From the NCBI GenBank assembly GCA_040384485.1, contig JAZKJH010000004.1, forward strand, positions 5,928 through 69,927: a stretch of DNA of 64,000 nucleotides, in the 5' to 3' direction. Positions 50,403 to 59,215 of the stretch are shown here, piece after piece. Under the pieces are notes generated by a model, which saw nothing but the letters and a program-made list of their open reading frames with translations, did not search any database and was not told the origin of the DNA. The translations under genes and the position numbers were made by a program. Source of the stretch: Patescibacteria group bacterium (lineage in GTDB: Bacteria; Patescibacteriota; Minisyncoccia; Phycocordibacterales; DATDWN01). How positions within the stretch are numbered: position 1 is the first letter of the stretch; each line of letters begins with the position of its first letter.

Positions 50403-50702
50403 TTACTCAGAAGATTTTCCTACAGGTTCTTTAGATTTAATCTCTCTCATTTGAATAGGGCTTATTTTCGGCTCAAGTGGTCTGCTTTCTGAATAAACTG
50501 CGGTCACTTTTTCTCTTTTTGTTTTAGCTTTTATGTTTTTCTTTGGAATGGAGATTTTTAATGACAGGAGTATGAGTAGTATTCCTGAAATTATAACAAA
50601 GGTGTTTTTATAAGAAGATGGTAGTCCAAAAAAGGGTATCAAGAAAATAAAAAAACCTAAGAAAAAAGTGCTTTTTTTGCTAATCATTTTTTCATTATAC
50701 AT
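50403..50702 (-). CDS. Small membrane protein (99 aa), hypothetical
   Basis: Two TM segments, basic lumenal segment. Confidence 0.4.
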   Translation of the reverse strand: MYNEKMISKKSTFFLGFFIFLIPFFGLPSSYKNTFVIISGILLILLSLKISIPKKNIKAKTKREKVTAVYSESRPLEPKISPIQMREIKSKEPVGKSSE

Positions 50703-50729
50703 CCCGCACCTATTTTCCGCAAAATATGG

Positions 50730-52145
50730 CTATATCTCCTCTACAACAAGCATGTTTGTGGATAACCCTTTTGTGTTAAAAGGCACCCCTCCCACGATAA
50801 CAACCTTGTCACCCTTACTTGCGTATTTGTTGTCTAGGCAGATTTTTCTAACAATTTGAAACACTTCAGTAATAGTATTGTATTTTTTCACCTCAACTGG
50901 CTTACACCCAAAAGAAAGACATAGTTTGTTTACGGTTGTTTTGTTTGGAGACAAAGCAAGTATATGAGTGTGAGGTTTGTGTCTTGAAATCATTCTAGCT
51001 GTAAAACCTGAGTCTGTTAAAGCGATGATCATTTTTGCACCAACGTCGTGTGCAGTTTTAACAACTGAGCTGGTAACAGAGTCAGTTACTTCTCTTTGTC
51101 CACTTCTGTCTCCGTGCACAGTATCTCTCTCCACATAGTTCTTCTCTACCTCTCTCGCAACTTTTGTCATAACCTCAACCGCTTCACTAGAATACAAACC
51201 TAGAGTCGTTTCTTCTGACAACATCACTGCATCCGTTCCATCGAAAATAGCATTTGCAATATCCGATACTTCTGCACGAGTTGCTACCGGGCTTTTTATC
51301 ATAGACTCCAACATTTGAGTTGCAGTGATGACAGGTTTACCTAGGTTGTTACATTTTTCAATGATTGATTTCTGAATGGTTGGTACTTTTTCAAACGGAA
51401 CTTCTATAGCCAAGTCCCCTCGAGCGATCATGACTCCGTCAGTAACTGCAAGTATCTCATCGATGTTTTGCACCGCTTGAGGAGTTTCTATTTTTGCTAT
51501 GATTCCAATAGTTTTAGATTTTCTACCATCTAGAATTGTTCGGAGTTCCACAATATCCTTAGCTGTTCTAACAAAAGAAAGTGCCATGAAATCTACTTTA
51601 TTTTTTATTCCAAATTCAAGATCTGCTTTATCCTTTGCAGTTAATGAGCTAATGGTAACATCTGAGTCAGGAAGGTTTACTCCTCTTTTGCCCTTAGTCA
51701 TTCCACCAACTATTATTTTACATATCACCTCCTCTCCTTTTATAGAAACGACTTCAAACTTCTTTTTCCCATCATCAACCATTATTCTGTCACCCACCTT
51801 TACTTCTTTTGGAAACCTCTTGTAGTTGATTGAAACCTTTTTACTGTCCCCTATCATACTTTCTGTTGTGATAGTTATTTTCTCACCCGCAACAAGTTCT
51901 ACTTGTTCTGTATTAAACTCTCCTAGTCTTATTTTTGGACCACCCAGGTCTTGTAACACTGCACAATTAATGCCTGTTGATTTTACAGCTTTCTTTAGGT
52001 TATTGATTCTTTTCTGGTGTTCAGCAAAATCTCCGTGTGAAAAGTTCAGTCTCATCACATTCATACCTGCTTTCAAAAGTTTTTCTAATGACTCCTGGTT
52101 TTCTGTCTTTGGACCTATGGTTGCTACTATTTTTGTTTTTTTCAT
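50730..52145 (-). CDS. pyk: Pyruvate kinase
   Basis: MKKTKIVATIGP, NFSHG, and MIARGDLAIE signatures, 471 aa. Confidence 0.9.
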   Translation of the reverse strand: MKKTKIVATIGPKTENQESLEKLLKAGMNVMRLNFSHGDFAEHQKRINNLKKAVKSTGINCAVLQDLGGPKIRLGEFNTEQVELVAGEKITITTESMIGDSKKVSINYKRFPKEVKVGDRIMVDDGKKKFEVVSIKGEEVICKIIVGGMTKGKRGVNLPDSDVTISSLTAKDKADLEFGIKNKVDFMALSFVRTAKDIVELRTILDGRKSKTIGIIAKIETPQAVQNIDEILAVTDGVMIARGDLAIEVPFEKVPTIQKSIIEKCNNLGKPVITATQMLESMIKSPVATRAEVSDIANAIFDGTDAVMLSEETTLGLYSSEAVEVMTKVAREVEKNYVERDTVHGDRSGQREVTDSVTSSVVKTAHDVGAKMIIALTDSGFTARMISRHKPHTHILALSPNKTTVNKLCLSFGCKPVEVKKYNTITEVFQIVRKICLDNKYASKGDKVVIVGGVPFNTKGLSTNMLVVEEI

Positions 52146-52204
52146 TTTTTATGGTTGTTAAGAAGGTTCTATCATACAGAAAAATCAGAAAAAATCAAAA
52201 TGAA

Positions 52205-52237
52205 AACTGCTTAACACCACCGTGGTGTTAAGCAGTT
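52205..52237. terminator. Perfect 33-nt palindrome (hairpin) between the ncRNA candidate and pyk
   Basis: aactgcttaacaccaccgtggtgttaagcagtt is exactly self-complementary. On the minus strand it is followed by TTTTC. Confidence 0.45.
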
Positions 52238-52243
52238 AAAAAA

Positions 52244-52612
52244 TTTAGAGCCGTTTAGACTCGCTTGTCTCGAACCCCACAACGATATCGAAGTTGACGT
52301 TTGGTGACTCTGTTCTGTTTCAGAATCCTGCCCTTCTCCATAATGGACCTACCCAGGTCCTCCGGCGGTGAAAGCCGAAAGAATGTTGGGAAGGGGTTGA
52401 ACGACATGCCTGCAGGAAACAATCGTGACATCAGACCTCCGGGTTTAATTATTAGAAAATAATAAAGGAATGTCAAATGACGCGCTGCGGTTCGCACTAG
52501 TGCAAAAAATCTCCCGTATCAGGGAGATTTTCTTGTGGTCAGGAATAGTTTTTTACTAAAAACTTTCCCGACCCGGACTCGCGCCGACGCGCTCCGTCTC
52601 GCACATGCATAC
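52244..52612 (-). ncRNA. Candidate structured RNA, possibly RNase P RNA (rnpB)
   Basis: A 365-nt GC-rich non-coding block bounded by terminators. The minus strand carries an exact AGUCCGGG (P4 5'-strand core) at 52579-52572. It is preceded by GCGCGUCGGCGC (a P3-like hairpin) and AGAC. Near the 3' end, GUCU then AAACGGCUC (52256-52248) can pair as P2 and as P4 with a bulged U, in the canonical P2-P3-P4 ... P2'-P4' order. Not verified by a covariance model. Confidence 0.35.
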
Positions 52613-52638
52613 AAAAACAGCATCCCCATGCTGTTTTT
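52613..52638. terminator. Bidirectional terminator downstream of tRNA-Ile
   Basis: aaaaacagcat-cccc-atgctgttttt. Confidence 0.55.
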
Positions 52639-52646
52639 GAATCATG

Positions 52647-52720
52647 TGCGCCTGCCTGGACTCGAACCGGGGACCCCAGAGGTATAAGCTCTGTGCTCTA
52701 ACCAACTGAGCTACAGGCGC
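52647..52720 (-). tRNA. tRNA-Ile (anticodon UAU)
   Basis: Manual cloverleaf: acceptor GCGCCTG/CAGGCGC, D-arm GCTCAGTTGGTTAGAGC, anticodon stem CAGAG/CTCTG with loop CUUAUAC, T-arm with one C-A mismatch, discriminator A. The overlapping track ORF 52556-52765 is spurious. Confidence 0.8.
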
Positions 52721-52809
52721 ATGTGGTGTGTAGACAATATACAATAAAACAATCTTTTTTGCCATAACAAAAAAGATTGAGTTTCCTCAATCTTTTTTAT
52801 ATTTTAAAC

Positions 52810-54732
52810 CTAAACTTGATGCTCAATATCTAACTTCTTTTTTGGTGTAACTCCATGTGTTCGTAACAAATCTTCGAACTCTGCTCTCTCTATTGTTTCT
52901 GTCTCTACTAGTCTTTGAGCTATCGCATCCAGGAGTTTCTTGTTTTCATTTATAACTGTTGTTGCTTTCTCATGAGCTTCGGTCATTATTTTTGAAACTC
53001 CAGCATCTATATCTGCTGCTACTCTTTCTGAAAAAGCTTTTTCCTCCACACCTTTTCCAAACAACACTCTACCTCCCTGTCCCTCAAGCGCTATTGGACC
53101 AAGCTTTTCTGACATACCGTATTTTGTAACCATGTCACGAGCCAAAGCAGTTGAAACCTGCAAGTCGTTTGATGGGCCTGTTGTAAGGTCGTCAAACATC
53201 AACTTCTCTGTTACATATCCGCCCAAAGAAACTGCAATATCATCTAGAAACTCTTTTTTGGATTGTAGTTTTCTGTCTTCTAGTGGAAGGTGTAACACGT
53301 ATCCAGCTGCTCTACCTCGTGAGATGATAGAGATTTTGTGAACAGGATCAGCATATGGCAGAAGTGAAGCGAGTACTGCGTGTCCGGCCTCATGATAAGC
53401 AGTGATTTCTTTTTCTTTCTTCGAAAGAATGTGACTTTTTCTTTCAGGACCTAGCATTACTTTTTCTATTGAACGTATCAAATCATACTGAGAAATTTTT
53501 GTTCTACTTTCGCGTGCCGCAAGAATAGCTCCTTCGTTCATAAGTGAGAACAGATCTGCACCAGAAAATCCTGGAGTTCTTTCGGCAATAACTACTAGGT
53601 TTACGTCTTCAGCAAAAGGCTTTTTAGTGCTATGAACTTTCAATATCTCTTCTCGATCTTTTCTGTCTGGCAAATCAAGAGTTACTCGTCTATCAAATCT
53701 TCCTGGACGGAGCAAAGCAGGGTCCAAAACATCCGGTCTGTTTGTTGCGGCCATAACGATAACTTTTTCGTTTGGCTCAAATCCATCCATCTCAACAAGG
53801 ATTTGGTTTAAAGTTTGCTCTCGCTCATCGTTTCCACCACCCGCTCCAACTCCTCTGGCTCTTCCTACTGCATCTATTTCATCTACGAAAATAATAGCTG
53901 GGGAATTTTTCTTGGCCATCATAAACAAATCCCTAACTCTACTTGCACCAACACCTACAAACATTTCTACGAATTCAGAACCTGAGATAGAGAAGAATGC
54001 TACTCCTGCCTCTCCTGCCACAGCCCGGGCAAGTAAAGTCTTTCCTGTTCCAGGAGCTCCCATAAGTAGTATTCCTTTTGGAATTCTCGCTCCAATATCT
54101 AGAAACTTTTTAGGATTCTTAAGAAAGTCTACTATTTCTGTCAATTCTTCTTTTGCTTCTTTTGCTCCGGCAACATCTTTAAAAGTTACTTTTTGATTCT
54201 TGTCGTCTGGGTGAATCATTCTGGCTTTTGATTGGCCGAAAGTCATTGCCTGCATTCCTGCCCCTTTCATTTGTCGACTAATAAACCAGATAAAAACCAG
54301 AATAAAAAGTATTGGGAAAATAATTGGTGCAAGGTTCAAAAGCCAATACCCTATTCCGCTTTTATTCTTTACTTCTATTTTAACTTTTGAAACCTCTTCT
54401 GTTGTGACCCCGTAGTTCACAAAAGTTTGAAGTAGCGCCTCACCAACTTCTTTTTTTGATTCTTTTATTTCCCCGGCTTTGTATGTGATTTCCAGAGCAT
54501 CACCTTCTACTACAATGGATTCGACCAAATCGGCTTTAATATCAGAAGAAACTTGTGAGATGGCTATATTCTCTGCTTTATTGCTAGTACCAGACAAGAA
54601 TGAATACAGTGAAGATAGGAGTAAGAATATTAAAACCACAGAGATAACATATGAAAAAAGTGAACCATTACCGCCACCACCTCCGTTTTTCTTTTTGATT
54701 ATTATTTTTTTGTTATTTGGTTTTTCTGGCAT
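52810..54732 (-). CDS. ftsH: ATP-dependent zinc metalloprotease FtsH
   Basis: AAA+ Walker A GAPGTGKT, Walker [12 protein letters not shown], and HEAGHAV zinc site. N-terminal TM segments. Confidence 0.9.
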   Translation of the reverse strand: MPEKPNNKKIIIKKKNGGGGGNGSLFSYVISVVLIFLLLSSLYSFLSGTSNKAENIAISQVSSDIKADLVESIVVEGDALEITYKAGEIKESKKEVGEALLQTFVNYGVTTEEVSKVKIEVKNKSGIGYWLLNLAPIIFPILFILVFIWFISRQMKGAGMQAMTFGQSKARMIHPDDKNQKVTFKDVAGAKEAKEELTEIVDFLKNPKKFLDIGARIPKGILLMGAPGTGKTLLARAVAGEAGVAFFSISGSEFVEMFVGVGASRVRDLFMMAKKNSPAIIFVDEIDAVGRARGVGAGGGNDEREQTLNQILVEMDGFEPNEKVIVMAATNRPDVLDPALLRPGRFDRRVTLDLPDRKDREEILKVHSTKKPFAEDVNLVVIAERTPGFSGADLFSLMNEGAILAARESRTKISQYDLIRSIEKVMLGPERKSHILSKKEKEITAYHEAGHAVLASLLPYADPVHKISIISRGRAAGYVLHLPLEDRKLQSKKEFLDDIAVSLGGYVTEKLMFDDLTTGPSNDLQVSTALARDMVTKYGMSEKLGPIALEGQGGRVLFGKGVEEKAFSERVAADIDAGVSKIMTEAHEKATTVINENKKLLDAIAQRLVETETIERAEFEDLLRTHGVTPKKKLDIEHQV

Positions 54733-54824
54733 ATTGTTTTTGTTAATGTTTGTTTAATATTTGTATCAAAGTATACACGAAAAACACCAAAAAAGAAGCT
54801 CGAAAATGTGTTATAATCTCCCCT

Positions 54825-55265
54825 ATGTCACTCATAAGTAACAAAAAGTCACACTTCAACTACGAGATAACCGATACCTATTCTGCGGGAATAGAGCTTT
54901 TTGGTTTTGAAGTAAAATCCGTCCGAAAAGGACAGGGATCACTCGAGGGTTCTTATGTTACAGTTCGAGGTGATGAAGCTTTTATTATCGGTTCTTTTAT
55001 ACCAGCTTTTCAAGAGAAAAATGCCCCAAAAGACTATGATTCGCGTCGAAACAGAAAGCTACTTTTGACTAAAAAAGAGATACAGGAACTCCGAGATATT
55101 GAAAAGACAAAGGGATTGACAATAGTGCCTATTTCGATGTATAATAAAGGTAGAGTGTTGAAGCTAGACCTAGGGGTTGGCAAGGGCAAGAAAAAATTCG
55201 ACAAGAGAGAAAGTATCAAAAAACAGGACACTGAAAGAGAGATGAGGCGAGACCTAAAAAGGTGA
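54825..55265 (+). CDS. smpB: SsrA-binding protein SmpB
   Basis: FNYEITDTYSAGIELFGFEVKS..SLEGSYV.VRGDEAFIIGSFI..RKLLLTKKEI..KGLTIVPISMY. ATG at 54825, 8 nt downstream of TATAAT. Confidence 0.85.
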   Translation: MSLISNKKSHFNYEITDTYSAGIELFGFEVKSVRKGQGSLEGSYVTVRGDEAFIIGSFIPAFQEKNAPKDYDSRRNRKLLLTKKEIQELRDIEKTKGLTIVPISMYNKGRVLKLDLGVGKGKKKFDKRESIKKQDTEREMRRDLKR

Positions 55266-55323
55266 TATATTTGGAAAATTTCAACGTCAACATGAGTGTG
55301 CAAAGAAATTGCACTTTTATGTT

Positions 55324-55722
55324 GGGGATGAAAGGTATAGACATTTAAGTCCTTTGACAATGCGCATGACAGAGCTGGAGTTAGCTCTTTAAACCATTCC
55401 AAAACACAAATGCAAAAAATACTTTTGCAAAAGCAGTGCCTTCACCATTTATGGGGAATGCATTCGCACCAGCTTTCGCGTAATCTTTTTTAAGAAAACC
55501 AAACTGGCGGTCTCTCCCCTAAGTCTGTTACGGGAGTTGATTGATATATCACCGGACTATAGAGTCGCTATCGTTTCATAGCGGTTCAGAAAAATAGAAA
55601 CTGGAACTTTATTTATTTTGTCTGTTTTATAGAATAAAGTTCGAGAAAACCAAAACAAACTACGTCATGTAGATCCATTGCCAAAACTTATTTGCACGGG
55701 GGTTCAAATCCTCCCATCTCCA
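55324..55722 (+). ncRNA. ssrA: tmRNA (ssrA)
   Basis: Directly downstream of smpB. The 5' GGGGAUG pairs with the 3' CAUCUCC, giving a G3-U70 acceptor. T-arm GGGGGUUCAAAUCCUCC, discriminator A. Internal tag frame ...GCA UUC GCA CCA GCU UUC GCG UAA (tag ending AFAPAFA). Confidence 0.8.
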
Positions 55723-55726
55723 CAAT

Positions 55727-55757
55727 ATAAAAAATCGCCTACTAGGCGGTTTTTTAT
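55727..55757 (+). terminator. Rho-independent terminator of ssrA
   Basis: A-run, hairpin cgcct-act-aggcg, T6. Embedded in a 49-nt palindrome (55718-55766) that includes the tmRNA 3' end. Confidence 0.6.
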
Positions 55758-55940
55758 ATTGTGGAGTGGAGTAAACCAACTGCTTGGTTTACGTGAGGAT
55801 TTGAAAGACGGAACTATATTTTTTCACCAGAAAAAATATAGTGAGTCGGGGTCGAGAGTACTTAGTGCTCGCAAGGTGTAATCACCTGAGAACACTTAGT
55901 AACTCGTGACCAATTCTCGGCTTCTACACAAAAATTTCAC

Positions 55941-55970
55941 AAAACTCCCCTCGAAAGGGAGTTTTGTTTT
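55941..55970 (+). terminator. Rho-independent terminator
   Basis: aactccc-tcgaaa-gggagtt followed by a T-run. Immediately followed by TTGACA (55975-55980). Confidence 0.5.
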
Positions 55971-56042
55971 TAGTTTGACAAGACCATATATTTATATAGT
56001 ATGCAAGGCAGACTTGATCTTCACAATTAGGAGAAAAGACAT

Positions 56043-57716
56043 ATGTTCAAACATTCCGTTCGTGCCTTAGCTTTTCATCACGAAAAAGGTTACGAAGCTC
56101 AACGAGAACTTGCACTCAATTTCGCTGGAACTGGAGGACGCATTGCAACAATGGAAGACATTGTTCATGCATGTTGCAATTCACAAAACATTAAAGACTT
56201 TGTGTGGAGTCGTACAATCATTACCAGCTCATACTTATTTGCTGGGTGGAACAACACAGTACCCACACTCGTATTTGCACACGGCCTCAACATTCAACCA
56301 GTAACGTACCCGACGAGGTACGGAAATGAATACCGTATTGGCCAACCTGTCTTCGAGGCTTTGTTGGATGGTAAATTCGGACATGTCGAATCAGTCAACT
56401 TGTTAGAATACAAAAACAAGTCAAAACATGTGCGTGGCTCAAATCGTTATACTTACGAGGTTGCCCACCAGGACCCAATCATTCGTGGATTCTTTGGTCG
56501 ACAAGTGGATGTATTTCTAAACCACTATCACAACCTCACTCAAGACTGGCTTAAGGATGCAAGCCTCGAAGAACAGAAGGAAGCAGTCCTCCTGATCAAC
56601 CGAATCTACGAGATTTACAACAACAAGCCAGGGAAACAAGAAAGTTTCTCTAACATTCCACGAGATTACGCAAAAGCGTACCCACTAACAAAGGAATCGC
56701 ACGGACTATATGTTGACCATAACAAGCAAGACAAACACATTGCCTGTGGTATGGACTTCAGCACTTCGACCAACAGTGGCATCGACGATCTCGGTGGACC
56801 AGCTTACTACATAATTGGGGTCCGAGGCGAAGAACCCCTCACAAAAGTAGCTCCTGACTTCCGAAGTAGTATCTCAAAGGTTAAGGAGAATTGGCCACAT
56901 TTTGTGCAACCACTCGTCCAAGTTCCTAATGACCCCTACATCGGCATCAAACCCGATGGAAGTACTGAGCGACCTTACTATCTACCGGCCTTGATGCGGA
57001 TAGGGGAATCTGAATATGAACCCCGAGTAACCGGGCGTATTCTTGATAACGGCACCGGCTCGATAATGCCAGAGTTCAGGGTCAGATCATGCAAAATGAT
57101 AGGAACCCTAACTAAAATCTGTTATCAAGGTACAGGTCGTGAAGCTGGGAGCGGGTACATTGGTTACCCGTATCAAGGCCAATGGGAAGCGGCTCTCAAG
57201 GCACTACCGAAAGAAGCTAATGCTATCGCATTCGGTGGCTCGTCTCACCACAACGGAAAAATCGAAGTGGACACCGTATTCTATAAACTGGAGTTGGATA
57301 AAGAACCGTTCCACATTCTCATAAAATGTGGGGACAAATTCTTCACACAATACAACGACGAGAACCGTCCGACACAACAACCGCACATGTTGGTGACAGA
57401 AGTAACGGAACTTGACCAAAAACCAAGTCTCCATATTCCGGATGATGTGCATCGTTTGTGCAATAACCATCTAAAAGAATGGCCAGTCCTTGCATATTTA
57501 ATTGCAAATGCACCGGAAAAAGCCAATGCTATGTGGATTGAAAATCAATCAACTCACTATAGTGATAAAGCTGGTAAGAACATCACAACTGTGTCAGTGA
57601 GATACTACCATGTGGCCCTTGGCGACAAAGCTTTCCGACCATTCACAGAAATCCGGTCAGACTTCGACTGGGAACTTGAACGGAGAACTGAAGCTAACAT
57701 GCTCTCGATAATTTGA
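56043..57716 (+). CDS. Hypothetical protein (557 aa), GC-elevated island gene A
   Basis: Long ORF with AGGAG 9 nt upstream of the ATG. Local GC about 45-52%. No signal peptide and no motif I can assign (no P-loop, no HExxH). Confidence 0.6.
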   Translation: MFKHSVRALAFHHEKGYEAQRELALNFAGTGGRIATMEDIVHACCNSQNIKDFVWSRTIITSSYLFAGWNNTVPTLVFAHGLNIQPVTYPTRYGNEYRIGQPVFEALLDGKFGHVESVNLLEYKNKSKHVRGSNRYTYEVAHQDPIIRGFFGRQVDVFLNHYHNLTQDWLKDASLEEQKEAVLLINRIYEIYNNKPGKQESFSNIPRDYAKAYPLTKESHGLYVDHNKQDKHIACGMDFSTSTNSGIDDLGGPAYYIIGVRGEEPLTKVAPDFRSSISKVKENWPHFVQPLVQVPNDPYIGIKPDGSTERPYYLPALMRIGESEYEPRVTGRILDNGTGSIMPEFRVRSCKMIGTLTKICYQGTGREAGSGYIGYPYQGQWEAALKALPKEANAIAFGGSSHHNGKIEVDTVFYKLELDKEPFHILIKCGDKFFTQYNDENRPTQQPHMLVTEVTELDQKPSLHIPDDVHRLCNNHLKEWPVLAYLIANAPEKANAMWIENQSTHYSDKAGKNITTVSVRYYHVALGDKAFRPFTEIRSDFDWELERRTEANMLSII

Positions 57717-57877
57717 TACGCAATGCAACACCCCGTGTAGCCAGAAATGGTCTATGCGGGTTTTTATTTTTCATAACTCATGACATTTCTCCTTAATATA
57801 AAGAACCCCCCACAAAGTGGTTTTTGCTTGCTTGACATAACTAAGCAATATGACAACATACCATCTGGAGGTTACAG

Positions 57878-58333
57878 ATGCCGCAATTAACAAAAGGGGT
57901 TTACGGGACCGAGTTCAACGCGACTCAAAACGCACCGCTTGGACTTCGGTGTGGGCAAATGAAAGCTGGAAACAAAATTACCCACAACCACGGGTGGTAC
58001 AACAAGTTTGGAGAAAGACTGGGCTTTGGGGATCTGTCAGCAGACGATTTCCAAAGAATCATGACTGAGATTGAAGGAGACGAACTCTTCATTACACTAG
58101 GTGAAGAAGACAGTCACCATGGTCTCATGAGCGACCACCCAGAACTGGAGTACGATGCCCCGGGAGTGGATTACATTGTCCAGCATTGCAGGTATGTTGT
58201 ACGGCGTGGCCAATGTTTGCGAGTTGATGAGGTCCGACCAGATAACTCTTTGTTCCTCCATAACGGAATTAATTTTACCATCACCTCGAAAGAGGGTGTA
58301 AGAAAAATTCTGACGGAGCATTCAAGCAGATAG
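57878..58333 (+). CDS. Hypothetical protein (151 aa), GC-elevated island gene B
   Basis: ORF with GGAGG 8 nt upstream of the ATG, GC about 48%. Cysteine/histidine-containing segments (LRCGQ, HNHGW, HCRYVVRRGQC). Confidence 0.55.
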   Translation: MPQLTKGVYGTEFNATQNAPLGLRCGQMKAGNKITHNHGWYNKFGERLGFGDLSADDFQRIMTEIEGDELFITLGEEDSHHGLMSDHPELEYDAPGVDYIVQHCRYVVRRGQCLRVDEVRPDNSLFLHNGINFTITSKEGVRKILTEHSSR

Positions 58334-58354
58334 TTTCCAGTCCTATAAAAATTG

Positions 58355-58386
58355 ATGCACCCCGAAATTTCGGGGTGTTTTTTATT
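58355..58386 (+). terminator. Rho-independent terminator after island gene B
   Basis: gcaccccgaaatttcggggtg followed by T7. Confidence 0.6.
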
Positions 58387-58504
58387 GCAGATAAAATTAC
58401 TTGACTTTTATCCTGGATTAATATATTCTATTTAGACGGGTCGCAAGACTCGTAGCAGAAACTAGACGCAAGTCTGGTTTTTGTTTTGCCTGAATATTTT
58501 ATAT

Positions 58505-58531
58505 ATAAAAAACACCCGACTAGCGGGTGTT
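58505..58531 (-). terminator. Terminator for the 58549-59118 gene
   Basis: acacccg-acta-cgggtgt preceded by an A-run (a T-run on the minus strand). Confidence 0.5.
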
Positions 58532-58548
58532 TCTTAAACTCAAATAAC

Positions 58549-59118
58549 TTATTGGAAAGTTACGTAAGTTGGCTTAACAAGAACCTTTTCGTCTGTTACC
58601 CATGGGCGACAGTCGTAGTTGGCATTCGTAGGATTTGTTCCTAGAACCATAGCTGAAGAAACATCAGCAGGGATCAAGTTTGTAAACTCAGAAATAGACT
58701 TTGGCTGTGTAACTGTACCTGTTGGCATTCCCTCTTTCCATGAGTAAAGGTTCAATCCATCATAAACAACCATTGTTGCTACCGTGTTTCCACCTGTTCT
58801 TGTTCTAAACTCTGCTCGCATTTTTCCTTTCGAAACATAGATAGTGTTTTTCGTAACTACGTTCGAGTTTGACTGCTCATAATCACACTGAAAGTTACCG
58901 TTCACTGAAAGTAAACTTTTTGGGGTTCCAGTGTTAGTGCCTGTATTGGTACCAGTATTAGCCCCAGTGTTTGTGTTAGTGCCTGTATTGTTATTATTTT
59001 CAGTACTAGTTGCATTGTTGTTTGTGGAATCCACCGCAACATTGTCTTCTTTTGTAAGCAACCAAACACCTAGAACTACAACTAAAATAGCCAACCCTAC
59101 CCATAATATATTTTTCAT
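58549..59118 (-). CDS. Secreted/anchored hypothetical protein with an NTGT low-complexity repeat
   Basis: N-terminal TM/signal, a TGTNTNTGANTGTNTGTNTGT repeat, two Cys residues. Confidence 0.5.
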   Translation of the reverse strand: MKNILWVGLAILVVVLGVWLLTKEDNVAVDSTNNNATSTENNNNTGTNTNTGANTGTNTGTNTGTPKSLLSVNGNFQCDYEQSNSNVVTKNTIYVSKGKMRAEFRTRTGGNTVATMVVYDGLNLYSWKEGMPTGTVTQPKSISEFTNLIPADVSSAMVLGTNPTNANYDCRPWVTDEKVLVKPTYVTFQ

Positions 59119-59215
59119 GATTTTAAATAAACAAATTAATAATTAACTTATTTTAACCTAAATTTAATTATAGCACAAGCTCCCTTTTAAAGGGAAGCAT
59201 GTTATACTTTTTCCA

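Noticed and set aside
52244-52612. tmRNA or SRP RNA assignment for the GC-rich block
   Set aside because: It has no G-U acceptor/T-arm tmRNA ends (the real tmRNA is at 55324), and no GGAA-tetraloop domain IV of SRP RNA. RNase P is the better fit, but it is unproven.
52255-52765. Track ORFs 52255-52497 (80 aa) and 52556-52765 (69 aa)
   Set aside because: The second overlaps a well-folded tRNA-Ile. The first lies in the GC-rich structured block flanked by terminators, has atypical composition for this genome, and has no SD.
55678-55881. Track ORF (67 aa) spanning the tmRNA 3' end and terminator
   Set aside because: It overlaps the tmRNA T-arm, acceptor and terminator hairpin; it is an artefact of the structured RNA.
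56110-56304. Alternative-frame 64-aa ORF inside island gene A, and track ORFs 57139-57526 on both strands
   Set aside because: They are nested within a 557-aa ORF that has a strong SD and uniform codon composition, and are shadow ORFs.
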